A stretch of DNA of 64,000 nt, taken from positions 3,695-67,694 of the IMG/VR virus record IMGVR_UViG_3300005719_000012, one strand, 5' to 3'. The DNA comes from a virus. Taxonomy: Duplodnaviria; Caudoviricetes. How positions within the stretch are numbered: position 1 is the first letter of the stretch; every line of letters starts with the position of its first letter. The position numbers were made by a program, and so were the translations under genes. The notes under the pieces are model-generated. The model did not search any database. It was not told the origin of the DNA and worked only from the letters and a program-made list of their open reading frames with translations. Positions 43,411 to 52,109 of this stretch are shown here, in pieces.

Positions 43411-43698
43411 ATGCGATCCGGCACTGACTGGCAACAACTAATCGAAAAACTCCCTAACGCTACGAATCGGGACGGCAGAGCTGTGTCCGATCTAGGGCAG
43501 GAAATCATTACCTTTTTTGCTTTGGAGGCCCAGAGACAGAATCTATCGATCACCGATCTTGCTGGAATCTTGAATTGTAGTAAACAGAATGTGTGTCAGT
43601 TTTTTGCCGGATTTACAAGTCCTACATTGATTCGTGTAGAGGGAATAATGCGGGCGCTAAGAGTCAACCGGTTGTCGGTTAAGTTGCGTGCGGAGTAA
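43411..43698 (+). CDS. XRE-family HTH regulator
   Basis: LSITDLAGILNCSKQNVCQF...SPTL...IMRAL. Confidence 0.75.
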   Translation: MRSGTDWQQLIEKLPNATNRDGRAVSDLGQEIITFFALEAQRQNLSITDLAGILNCSKQNVCQFFAGFTSPTLIRVEGIMRALRVNRLSVKLRAE

Positions 43699-43737
43699 AT
43701 ATCAATCTAAGGACAAGAAAAGGAGCTAAGCACCAAA

Positions 43738-44778
43738 ATGGCGGAACAAGAGCTAAAAAAGAGTATCGTAGGATTCAACCCCCAGGGCGACTTTATCGAA
43801 GGAGGTAGCGCGCTGCCCAAACGATTCCGCGGGCCGGTCAAGCTCGCGAGGTTCGCACCATGGCCGATTAAGCGAGACGGAGCCAAGCATGGCTACTTCG
43901 CGATCATTCGTATTGAAGATCTCGAAACTGAGATCGAGCATGACCTAAGGTTGCGTGCGGGCTGGCTTCCGAAACGTTTTGACGACGGCAGGATTGGCGG
44001 CACCGTGCCGAGCAATGACGGACCTGACGTAGACGACGACGAGCGCGAACCAACTGCGGAATTGTCAGTCTTCATCGGCCTTGGCGACGGCTCAAAGCCG
44101 GTTCCCGAAGGTACCGATCTCGTAGACGAGTACGGCGGGCTGTACTCTATGGGTGACGGCCCAGGCAAAGATGAGCCGTTTTTTAAGTTCTGTGAGCATC
44201 TTGCAGAGTGCGAATTTCCCTTCACGGACCAAAGCATCGCGAGCTTAGAAGAATGGATACTTACCGTTGAGAGTACGGAAATCGGTGAGTATCAGAAAGA
44301 CGGGCAGACCAAGAAGCTCAAGGCACACATGCCCGTAGAGGCCGAACCGCCCGCGAAAAAGAAAAGCAAGGCTGGAACGGAATCCGTCGCGAAAAAAAGC
44401 AAGCCGAAGCCCGCGGATGACGATGACGAAGACGAGGAGACGCCGAAAACGAAGACGACCGCAACCACAAAACGCAAGCCCGAACCTGAGCCGGAAGAGG
44501 ACGAAGACGAGAGCGAGGAAGAGTCCGGTGGGCCGGTCGAGGTGCTTCACGACGCCATTGTTCAGATGCTGAAGAAGACGGTGAATCGACAAATGCAAGA
44601 AGGCGAGGTCATGCGAGAGGTCATTAAGGACGCGGAGTTCCGCAAACTGAGAGAAAGAGATCGCAAGACTGCGGTCAACGCATACAACGATCGGAGCCTG
44701 TTCGAGGAATCGGACGTGCTGATTCTGGACGAAGAGGCGGACACCGTAAGTCTTAAGGGAGGAAAGAAAGGCAAGTAG
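43738..44778 (+). CDS. Acidic protein, probable ssDNA-binding/recombination accessory
   Basis: Beta-rich N-terminus, long D/E/K-rich disordered linker; located among recombination genes. Confidence 0.45.
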   Translation: MAEQELKKSIVGFNPQGDFIEGGSALPKRFRGPVKLARFAPWPIKRDGAKHGYFAIIRIEDLETEIEHDLRLRAGWLPKRFDDGRIGGTVPSNDGPDVDDDEREPTAELSVFIGLGDGSKPVPEGTDLVDEYGGLYSMGDGPGKDEPFFKFCEHLAECEFPFTDQSIASLEEWILTVESTEIGEYQKDGQTKKLKAHMPVEAEPPAKKKSKAGTESVAKKSKPKPADDDDEDEETPKTKTTATTKRKPEPEPEEDEDESEEESGGPVEVLHDAIVQMLKKTVNRQMQEGEVMREVIKDAEFRKLRERDRKTAVNAYNDRSLFEESDVLILDEEADTVSLKGGKKGK

Positions 44779-44867
44779 GCTAGACACAAGACGCTGCCCG
44801 TTGAATGCTGGGCGTCTGTGTTCTCGGCAGGCGCTCAGTTTTGAACGTACAGTCAGATAGAATAAGT

Positions 44868-45077
44868 ATGCAAAACAAAAGCAGATTAACCGCCGGGGCA
44901 AAGTTTGCGATCTTCTGGGGCTCAGGGAACGCTCTTGCGATTATGATTTCTCGCTCGCTTGGGGATTCCTGGTGGACAGTGCTCCATGCGTTTTGCGGAT
45001 GGTTCTATGTTCTTTATGCCGCCGTGTTTCATGCGCGGGAGATAGGTCCCGTGATCCGCTCGATATTTGGGGTTTAG
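44868..45077 (+). CDS. Small two-TM membrane protein
   Basis: FAIFWGSGNALAIMIS...WWTVLHAFCGWFYVLY. Confidence 0.6.
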   Translation: MQNKSRLTAGAKFAIFWGSGNALAIMISRSLGDSWWTVLHAFCGWFYVLYAAVFHAREIGPVIRSIFGV

Positions 45078-45086
45078 GGGGACAAG

Positions 45087-45281
45087 ATGACGAGGAAAGA
45101 ACAAAACAAGGACAGCCCGTTTACCGGCCTCTCGACCCGTACGCAGAACGTTCTTCGTTTGCTCGGTGTTGCCGACAGAGAACAGCTCAAGCAAGTCACG
45201 ATAGCCGACATTTTGTATTGTCGGAATGCTGGCCCTGCGACCGCTAAAGAGCTTGTCGATTTTGTGTGGCGGCGAATCTAG
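45087..45281 (+). CDS. Stand-alone RNA polymerase alpha-CTD-like protein
   Basis: GLSTRTQNVLRLLGV...L..V...ILYCRNAGPATAKEL aligns to the alpha-CTD pattern LSVR..N.L...GI...L.......RN.G..S..EI. Confidence 0.75.
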   Translation: MTRKEQNKDSPFTGLSTRTQNVLRLLGVADREQLKQVTIADILYCRNAGPATAKELVDFVWRRI

Positions 45282-45320
45282 ACCTGACAACTATTGATGC
45301 ATAAAAAGGAGCAGACGAAG

Positions 45321-45550
45321 ATGGCGACCGAAACCGCATACAGTACATTAATCGAAACGTCTTCAGGAACTATCGAAGTCTTTGGATTGATTGACGAAGA
45401 CAGAGAGTTAGTCGGACTAGGCCGTTAACGATCCCGCGCAGAGGATTTGCATTGTCGCGAGAAGCCACTGAAAGACTACACGGTGTCTTGGGATTGTGGC
45501 TCGAAAAGGGATTCGAGGGCCTAGATTGCAAATTTAGTCTTGCGGGATAG
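45321..45550 (+). pseudogene. Hypothetical gene broken by two apparent indels (about 45420 and 45441)
   Basis: Segments MATETAYSTL...ELVGL / AVNDPAQ / GFALSREATERLHGVLGLW lie in successive frames. Confidence 0.35.
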
Positions 45551-46127
45551 CAAAGTGCCGACGATTATTCGCACCGATATCCCGGATCTCTTGCCGATGT
45601 ACCGCAAGCCGGGACTACATTTGTCGGATATCATTCAATACCTTTGTCTCTCACGCGGTATGTTCAAAGAGACGCCGACAAACTCGACACGCCTTCAACT
45701 CGGGCTCGCGTTTGAGTGGGCAACGAAGGCAAGATACCGGGCAGATCCACGCTATAATTACGTTGAGATGCCGTTTACGAAGGACAAAATTCACTGTAAT
45801 CCGGACTTCGTGGATCTTAATATGTCCGTTGACGAGTTCAAATTAACGTGGCTGTCGTCATCAAAAGGTTGGGACGCAGATGCATTCTGGAAGTACATAA
45901 TTCAAGTTATGGCGTACTGTTACGGACTCGACTATAATACTGGACGGCTGCATGTCTGTCACGTCAACGGCGACTATAAGTGGGGCACGCCGGGCGCCGA
46001 GCCTACCTGTCCTGTTTACGAGGAACACTGGACGCGACGAGACTTGCTGCGAAATTGGGAGATGTTACGGAGTAACGCGGATGACGCGTGGAAGTGGCGG
46101 CAAGGACTTTTAACCATAGGAGAGTAG
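45540..46127 (+). CDS. PD-(D/E)xK (Cas4/RecB-like) exonuclease
   Basis: LQLGLAFEW, CNPDF, VDEFKLTW and QVMAYC. Confidence 0.75.
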   Translation: MRDSKVPTIIRTDIPDLLPMYRKPGLHLSDIIQYLCLSRGMFKETPTNSTRLQLGLAFEWATKARYRADPRYNYVEMPFTKDKIHCNPDFVDLNMSVDEFKLTWLSSSKGWDADAFWKYIIQVMAYCYGLDYNTGRLHVCHVNGDYKWGTPGAEPTCPVYEEHWTRRDLLRNWEMLRSNADDAWKWRQGLLTIGE

Positions 46128-46128
46128 C

Positions 46129-46476
46129 GTGTCAAACTGGATGCATAGATGGGGCTTTATCTCGATCCCTCAAGAATTCGTCGGCAAAACCATTGTAAAG
46201 GTCGAGACGATGGAAATGGAATACGGCTGTACATATAACACGTCGATAGCGTTTGAATTTTCTGACGGTTCGCGTGGATGGTTGCTAGGTGGCCCCGGGG
46301 CGCACTGCGAGCCGAGTCCGTCAGAAAATGCCATAGGAAAGTCAACGATCATAACTCCGGAAGAGTTTGGCAGGTATCAGGAAGCAAAACACAGAAGGTA
46401 CCTAGAACGAAAGAAAAGTGAGCGCATAAGGAAGGAACAGGAGCTAGAGCGATTGAAAAGGGAGCTAGGGCAATAA
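46129..46476 (+). CDS. Hypothetical protein
   Basis: SD aggag; C-terminal coiled coil. Confidence 0.55.
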   Translation: MSNWMHRWGFISIPQEFVGKTIVKVETMEMEYGCTYNTSIAFEFSDGSRGWLLGGPGAHCEPSPSENAIGKSTIITPEEFGRYQEAKHRRYLERKKSERIRKEQELERLKRELGQ

Positions 46477-46477
46477 C

Positions 46478-46645
46478 ATGGAACGGTTACAATGGATGAC
46501 TCTCTGGGATCGCTTTCGCGAAGAAGTCGAAAAGGGCCAAACGTCGTACGGCAAGAATCAGATTATCGCGCTCATGGAGCGTCTGGAGCGCGAAGAAGTC
46601 CGGCGAGTTGAGATCGATAACCAATTCGAGAAAGAGGACCAATAG
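46478..46645 (+). CDS. 55-aa hypothetical protein (MERLQWMTLWDRFREEVEKG...)
   Basis: Fills the gap between adjacent genes. Confidence 0.45.
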   Translation: MERLQWMTLWDRFREEVEKGQTSYGKNQIIALMERLEREEVRRVEIDNQFEKEDQ

Positions 46646-46648
46646 CGT

Positions 46649-47533
46649 ATGCCAGTCGTTAAACGTCCCGAGCCAAAAAAGCCGCAGTCTTCTCGTGCTG
46701 CATCCTACGCGGTGCCTATCGGCGAAGGGTTCACAACTTCGTCAACGAAAAAGCCGCAGAGTATCGGCATCATTATCGGCGATGGTGGTAGCGGCAAAAC
46801 GACTTTCGTAACTCGTTATTGTCCCGGTCCGATTGCATTTTTCAATTTCGATGGTCGTTCGTCCCAAGCTATCGACGAAGCCCGCGAGCTGCGCGGTGAG
46901 GGTATCATCCAAGAGTGTCCAATCACGTTTCCGTTTGATAGTCTGTTTCTATCCAAAGAACGTGCAATGACTACCACAAAGCCGGTTATTATGGATTTCC
47001 TGAAGAAGCTGCGCACTGCGTGCGTTGCGGCAGAGCAGGGACTTATCAACCTGATTGCATTCGATACAGGGACAGAACTAAACGATCTGTTCTGGATACA
47101 TGCGCGCGGTGATCTTGAAACAACAAAACTAGAGGGTGAGCGTGGCGGTAGTAAATTTATAATCAATCGGCAATGGAATACGATATATCAGATGGTCAAG
47201 GCGTCAGGAGCGCATTTTATAGTTATTGGGCGTCCAAAACAAAAATGGGTAGATAATGCACCGGTCAAAGATTCGTACATTCCATATCTGCCTCAAGTTT
47301 GCGACGATCTCACGGACTGGACAGGGCGGATTGCTGCAAACGTAGTTCCGGCGACACGCAAGACTCCCGCAGAAGTGTCATTTGAAATCAAGATATCGAA
47401 GGCGGGGCCGAACATCACGCAACTCGGCCGCGTGTATACCTCCCGCGAGTGGGAAGATGAAGGGGGCCCGTTCGCGTTTATTTCCGCGCAGATGTACACT
47501 AAGGTTCGGGATAAGAAAGTGTGGATGCCGTGA
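46649..47533 (+). CDS. AAA_24 / Sak4-like P-loop ATPase
   Basis: IIIGDGGSGKTTF, FNFDG, IAFDTGTEL and HFIVIGR. Confidence 0.75.
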   Translation: MPVVKRPEPKKPQSSRAASYAVPIGEGFTTSSTKKPQSIGIIIGDGGSGKTTFVTRYCPGPIAFFNFDGRSSQAIDEARELRGEGIIQECPITFPFDSLFLSKERAMTTTKPVIMDFLKKLRTACVAAEQGLINLIAFDTGTELNDLFWIHARGDLETTKLEGERGGSKFIINRQWNTIYQMVKASGAHFIVIGRPKQKWVDNAPVKDSYIPYLPQVCDDLTDWTGRIAANVVPATRKTPAEVSFEIKISKAGPNITQLGRVYTSREWEDEGGPFAFISAQMYTKVRDKKVWMP

Positions 47534-47703
47534 AGATAAGAGAGTCAGATTACAGAATCATAGAGGGTGCCGGCTTAGAATTCCTCGATCGCGTGAATTA
47601 CTATCTTGATAGAGGCTACGTCACTGTCGGCGGATTTATAGAGCAGACAGAAACAAAAACATGGGCGCAGGCTGTCGTCTATCGATGGACGGAGGAGGCG
47701 TGA
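47521..47703 (+). CDS. Hypothetical protein
   Basis: VNYYLDRGYVTVGG...WAQAV pattern common in small phage proteins. Confidence 0.5.
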   Translation: MDAVKIRESDYRIIEGAGLEFLDRVNYYLDRGYVTVGGFIEQTETKTWAQAVVYRWTEEA

Positions 47704-47906
47704 TGCCAGAACAGCCTAAAGATCCCCAGGACGTCCTCGTTACCGTTTGCGCTGCTTGCAAACGTGCGTCATGTTGGCAAGGCGAGCATTTCTGCGATCA
47801 GGAATCGGACACCGTGCAGATGTGGCGATCCGAGTTACTGCTTCTAAGTCTGGAGCACGAACGTTACTTGAAATCAGATGACGAGCTTTTGTGCGAGAGT
47901 TTGTAA
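47703..47906 (+). CDS. Hypothetical protein
   Basis: TVCAACKRASCWQGEHFC. Confidence 0.55.
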   Translation: MPEQPKDPQDVLVTVCAACKRASCWQGEHFCDQESDTVQMWRSELLLLSLEHERYLKSDDELLCESL

Positions 47907-47927
47907 GATCGTCGCGGAGGAAGGAAA

Positions 47928-48206
47928 ATGGCAACCAAACTGGCCGCAGAGTCGCACATTGGCCAATACACGTTTCATAGTCCAGTGCGCGCACAAATCA
48001 GCCCAGGAACAAAAATGCCGTGTTTCTGTTGTGCGCGCCCAATAACGCTTCCGCATGTTCGGGGCATAGAGTCGATTTCTGGAAACGCATATCATTTTCA
48101 CGTGTGTTGCTGGAATAGTAACTCGGATTTGGCAGACGGAATCAGTGCCGCAATACGACAAGAGCAGTGGGAGCGAGAGCACGCGAAAGTGTGGCCGGTC
48201 TATTAA
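47928..48206 (+). CDS. Hypothetical protein with CxCC / HxxC
   Basis: SD gaggaagg. Confidence 0.55.
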   Translation: MATKLAAESHIGQYTFHSPVRAQISPGTKMPCFCCARPITLPHVRGIESISGNAYHFHVCCWNSNSDLADGISAAIRQEQWEREHAKVWPVY

Positions 48207-48208
48207 CC

Positions 48209-49090
48209 ATGATCCTAATTGCCAAAGATATCGGCTCGCGTGAGCTACATTCCGTGTTTCCGCTCTCGGAAGTCTCGATTTTATCAAAACTCGAATCCGG
48301 GGACATCGTCTTTAGCGGCAACGGCCCGGATAATCAACCGCTATCAATCGCGATTGAACTCAAGTCGCTCACTGATTTCATAGACAGCATAAGGAGTGGC
48401 AGACTTCACGGAAGGCAATCTCGTCTAATGCTTTCGACGTATGATGTCAATTACCTAGCGATCTACGGGATCTTCAAATGCGATTTGGAGACTGGCGATC
48501 TTATTTATCTTCACGGTCGCGAATGGAAACCGCTAATAAATCGGTGGAAGAAGAGAAATAGCACTGTGGGCGGATTTGGACCGCTACTTAAACCTTCAGA
48601 GCCGGGACAACCATATAAGTATTCGTTTCTTCAGTCGTGTATAGCTTCCGCAGAGGCAGTAGGTCTACGCGTCAAGGAGCTTCCATTTAGCCACCTCGGC
48701 ATTCATGCGGAGACAACGCGGGCGCAACTTGCTTACTGGATCTACTGTCGATACTCCTGGTGGTCAAAGCGCTGGGAAGAACATCGCAGCATATGTCAAC
48801 TTGACGACTCGCGGCGGATCATTCGCACGACGTCAAATTTACAAACAATGGGCCTGACGGATGCGCAACTCTTGACCGCGAACGTCGCAAAGGAGTTTCC
48901 GGGCTTAAGATTCGAGCGTGCGCTAGCGATCGCGAGGGAATTTGAGTCGCCTGAGGCGTTCCTTACCGCATCCGAAGACGAGATTGCGAACGTCGTTACT
49001 GTGTCGAGTCGCGGGCGGAAAGTGAAAATCGGCAAAATAATCGCAAGGAATATCAAACAGGCTTATCGCGGGAAAGGAAAAAAAGCGTGA
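48209..49090 (+). CDS. ERCC4 (XPF/Mus81/Hef-like) structure-specific nuclease with HhH tail
   Basis: LESGDIVF, IAIELKSLTDFIDSIRSGRL..Q; C-terminal FPGLRFERALAIAREF...KIGKIIA. Confidence 0.8.
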   Translation: MILIAKDIGSRELHSVFPLSEVSILSKLESGDIVFSGNGPDNQPLSIAIELKSLTDFIDSIRSGRLHGRQSRLMLSTYDVNYLAIYGIFKCDLETGDLIYLHGREWKPLINRWKKRNSTVGGFGPLLKPSEPGQPYKYSFLQSCIASAEAVGLRVKELPFSHLGIHAETTRAQLAYWIYCRYSWWSKRWEEHRSICQLDDSRRIIRTTSNLQTMGLTDAQLLTANVAKEFPGLRFERALAIAREFESPEAFLTASEDEIANVVTVSSRGRKVKIGKIIARNIKQAYRGKGKKA

Positions 49091-49692
49091 GCGAAATCAC
49101 GAACCAAACAATTATAGATTATCTTCTTGACGTGGAAGGGTGGCCCAAGTACACGAACAACCCAAACGACAAAGGCGGCCCAACGCGTGGCGGCATTACC
49201 TTACGCACTCTTAGATCGTGGCCAGGATACGCAGCAGCGGAAGCAGAGACGCTTAAATCGTTACCTGACTATATCGCGCGTCAGATATACGCGAACATGT
49301 ACATTGAAACACCGAAGTTCGATAAAATCGACGACGCGTTATTGCGCTGGCAGATTGTCGATGCCGGAGTCCTACACGGCCCTGCGCGTACTAAACATTG
49401 GTTACAAGAGGCGGTAGGACTCACGGGAAGCGACGTTGACGGGATTCTAGGCCCGAAAACGTTATCTATCATCAACAACATGCCGACCCTTGATCCGTGG
49501 CCTGACGTTCTCACTTGGCCTGACGTACTTGCAATTCACTTCCACAGTACTGCACTCAAATTCGCGGCCATTCGCCTCCGTTTTATTGCATCAATCGTTC
49601 ATGGCGATCACTCGCAGGCGGTATGGATCAACGGATGGACCGCACGCGCAACCAAATTTATCGAACTGGAGGCAGAACGTGAGCTACTTTGA
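49087..49692 (+). CDS. Endolysin, glycoside hydrolase family 108 with PG-binding region
   Basis: EG...YTNNPNDKGGPTRGGIT, DAGVLHGP, LQEAVG....DGILGPKT and NGWTAR. Confidence 0.85.
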   Translation: MSEITNQTIIDYLLDVEGWPKYTNNPNDKGGPTRGGITLRTLRSWPGYAAAEAETLKSLPDYIARQIYANMYIETPKFDKIDDALLRWQIVDAGVLHGPARTKHWLQEAVGLTGSDVDGILGPKTLSIINNMPTLDPWPDVLTWPDVLAIHFHSTALKFAAIRLRFIASIVHGDHSQAVWINGWTARATKFIELEAERELL

Positions 49693-50059
49693 CTGCTGGC
49701 CGCGACAGGCGCTATTTAACGGCAAGTTCCTTTTCGGCAAGTACAAAGATCGATATCTTATCGACATCGCGGACGAAGACCCGAGTCATCTGGAGTGGTT
49801 TCTAGACAACGTTGATGGGCTATCGCGCACAGAGACACGAGCGATAAAAGAGGCGGTGGCTCGCGATTCAAGAGGACGAACAATGAGCACAAAATGTGAC
49901 TGTCCGATTTACTGCCGTTACTGTGGCAGGCGAAGAAGCAGAGATCACGTCGGGCATTATTGTAAGACACCGAATTGTCAATGGCGGTGCGGCTATACTA
50001 CATGCGCGGTCTCAAAGAATTCAATTATGGCGGCGAAGGAAAAGAGCACATGCCAGTAA
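49679..50059 (+). CDS. DUF3820/ExoX-C-like small protein, possibly fused to a Cys-rich ORF
   Basis: FLFGKYKDRYL.DI...DPSHLEW; second SD and ATG at MSTKCDC. Confidence 0.5.
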   Translation: MSYFDCWPRQALFNGKFLFGKYKDRYLIDIADEDPSHLEWFLDNVDGLSRTETRAIKEAVARDSRGRTMSTKCDCPIYCRYCGRRRSRDHVGHYCKTPNCQWRCGYTTCAVSKNSIMAAKEKSTCQ

Positions 50060-50649
50060 TCCGACGAAGCCGACAAGACGAACCCTCGATAGCTTGCCCG
50101 GTATCGGATTCCTTACAACCACGCCCACGTGTCCTGCATTCAAGCATGGCACCCTTCGGCGGCTACAGCAACCGCGATACGCAAGATCTCGAATTCCCTT
50201 CGTTCCCGCGGTCAATCGGCGTTATTGTACGCGCGGAAAAGCGATCGCGAGGACCCGAGACAATCCTCGTGGAGCAAGAATGGCCCACATTGACGAGCGT
50301 CGTCCGCGGCGAAGAATCCGACAGAGATAGCGTAGAGAAGCTAACGCGCGAAAAGGTCGCCGAGCTGATCTTGCGGTGCCGGTCGATCGCGAAGGAGTTG
50401 ACGAAGCACGCGGAGAAACTTGAGCGCAGGTTGAACGACCCGTGTATAGTCGATCAAGCAGGGAAATCGAGCCTAGAGACGTCTGGCGCCGGCCGTGAGT
50501 CTGGCGAGGTCCAGGCGCGTACGGCCCGACATGATGCGCCAGAAGCGCCGCGAGGGGGCAAATCGCGGGTATCTCATCGTGCGCCTGTCCGGATTGACGG
50601 TAACGCTGCGCGACTAAACCGTGCGCTGTCCTCTGAAGATGACGATTAG
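50050..50649 (+). CDS. Hypothetical protein
   Basis: SD aaggaaaag; about 200 aa. Confidence 0.45.
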   Translation: MPVIRRSRQDEPSIACPVSDSLQPRPRVLHSSMAPFGGYSNRDTQDLEFPSFPRSIGVIVRAEKRSRGPETILVEQEWPTLTSVVRGEESDRDSVEKLTREKVAELILRCRSIAKELTKHAEKLERRLNDPCIVDQAGKSSLETSGAGRESGEVQARTARHDAPEAPRGGKSRVSHRAPVRIDGNAARLNRALSSEDDD

Positions 50650-50782
50650 GGGAACAGCGAGAAAATCCAAACTCGGCCGCGAAAACCTATTGACTGGCGC
50701 GCGCAAATTTGCTAGAATCTCTCTCAGTCGAGTTTGTCCAACCCCGCTAGCGACGCCTAGCAGACACGAGAGGAGATTCCGA

Positions 50783-51244
50783 ATGCCAGTAACTGCCAAA
50801 AAGACACAGGGCAAGGTCAACACCGTCGCCGCACGCTCCGAGGACGCGGACGACGAAGAGGACGAGATCGAGGATGCCGACACCGCGACGGGCGACACCG
50901 AGGGCGATACCACGGCCGCCAAGCCCCGCAAGCCTCGCGCACCCAAGGCCGACATTCCCTGGGACTTCGATCTCGACGTCATTCTCGCCAAGACGGTCAA
51001 GCAGATCAACGCGGGCAGCCTTCGCGGGTCCCTGACCGCGCACGCGGTAACTCAGCATCTCAAGGAGCATCCCGCGTTTGCCGAGATCGCAGATCGTCTC
51101 ACCCCGCGAGAGGTTGTCCGGGAGGTGAACCTCATCAACAAGGAGCTGAAGGCCGGCAAGTTCAAGACGCTGCCGAAGCTGGAGCGTGGCCGCTACGACA
51201 TGGGCAAGTTTGCGGCAGCGATGGAGGACGAAGACGAGGAGTAA
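50783..51244 (+). CDS. Acidic/basic, probably highly expressed protein (possible nucleoid or DNA-mimic protein)
   Basis: SD gaggag; poly-D/E patches, KPRKPRAPK; strongly C/G-ending codons. Confidence 0.65.
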   Translation: MPVTAKKTQGKVNTVAARSEDADDEEDEIEDADTATGDTEGDTTAAKPRKPRAPKADIPWDFDLDVILAKTVKQINAGSLRGSLTAHAVTQHLKEHPAFAEIADRLTPREVVREVNLINKELKAGKFKTLPKLERGRYDMGKFAAAMEDEDEE

Positions 51245-51260
51245 GAACGCGTACCAGGAT

Positions 51261-51510
51261 TTAGAGCTACCCTTCCAGACCAGCATGGCTGGGCGGCGGG
51301 TAAGCGAGCGGGTGGCGATGGAAGGGTAGCTCTGAAACGCCTATAGGCCGACGTCATACGCCAGCGGGGACGCGGCGCCGGTTAATCCCCGGTAGCTCTT
51401 CGGAGCAGGCCGGGGCGCAGGTCGAACGAGCACGAAGGCGCCGCTGGAGTCTCGTGTGAGGGAGACCAGACGGGGCGATGAACCCCGGCAGCCGGTGGAA
51501 GCCCGGCGCT
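51261..51510 (+). ncRNA. Candidate structured ncRNA
   Basis: 15-bp perfect stem (51263-77/51319-33), cUUCGg-capped stem (51387-51415), and two 5-bp/7-nt hairpins including a T-loop-like TGGAAGC, within a roughly 390-bp gap with no convincing gene. Confidence 0.55.
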
Positions 51511-51634
51511 ATTCTCTCTGAAATTACGGGATCTCATGAACCAAGGCTGGCGGCAGGGATCTCTTGCCGATCGATCCGTGCGAGAAGTGCGCGATGTTGG
51601 CAAGTAAACGAGATGTAAGAATCGAGGGCATAAA

Positions 51635-52099
51635 ATGCGCTTCTACTATCTGACCATCTCTACCTACATTGGTATATCTTGCGGCGCGATGCATTACTAC
51701 GGCCGAATAAGATACGACAGCAATGACGGCGACCATAAAGAGGTTGACTTGGAGCACCCGATATCACCGCGAGCGTCCAGGAAGATCAATCGAAGCGAAG
51801 GATGGATTGTATTTCGTCCCGGCGACATGATCCGCAGCTTTGCCTCGGAAAATGAAGTCAGAGACGCAGCGATAAAATGGTTCATTGAGGCCGGCGATAG
51901 TCAAGGGATTTTACTGGAAGGATTATTCGCAAGTGCCGATCCGATGAAGGCATTGGCCGGAGACCCGGCAGCAATAGAAAACATAAATTCTCTTTACGCG
52001 GCGTGGGAAAGTATTCACGGTTGGGGAGGAGTACATAGCGCAGCGCAGACGGTTGCCGATCTGTGGGACAGTCTTATGCGTGAGCTGTCGCTTTCTTAG
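51635..52099 (+). CDS. Hypothetical protein
   Basis: 154 aa; gaggg SD. Confidence 0.55.
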   Translation: MRFYYLTISTYIGISCGAMHYYGRIRYDSNDGDHKEVDLEHPISPRASRKINRSEGWIVFRPGDMIRSFASENEVRDAAIKWFIEAGDSQGILLEGLFASADPMKALAGDPAAIENINSLYAAWESIHGWGGVHSAAQTVADLWDSLMRELSLS

Positions 52100-52109
52100 G
52101 CGAGAGGAA

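Noticed and set aside
41905-46127. Type IV CRISPR (CasDinG) or Cas4 adaptation module
   Set aside because: No Cas7/Cas5/Cas6/Cas1 genes and no repeat-spacer array are visible. The context is phage replication and recombination.
51449-51515. tRNA gene
   Set aside because: Three tRNA-like arms are present, but there is no complementary acceptor stem, no U33, no TTCGA T-loop and no CCA. Reported only as part of a candidate ncRNA.
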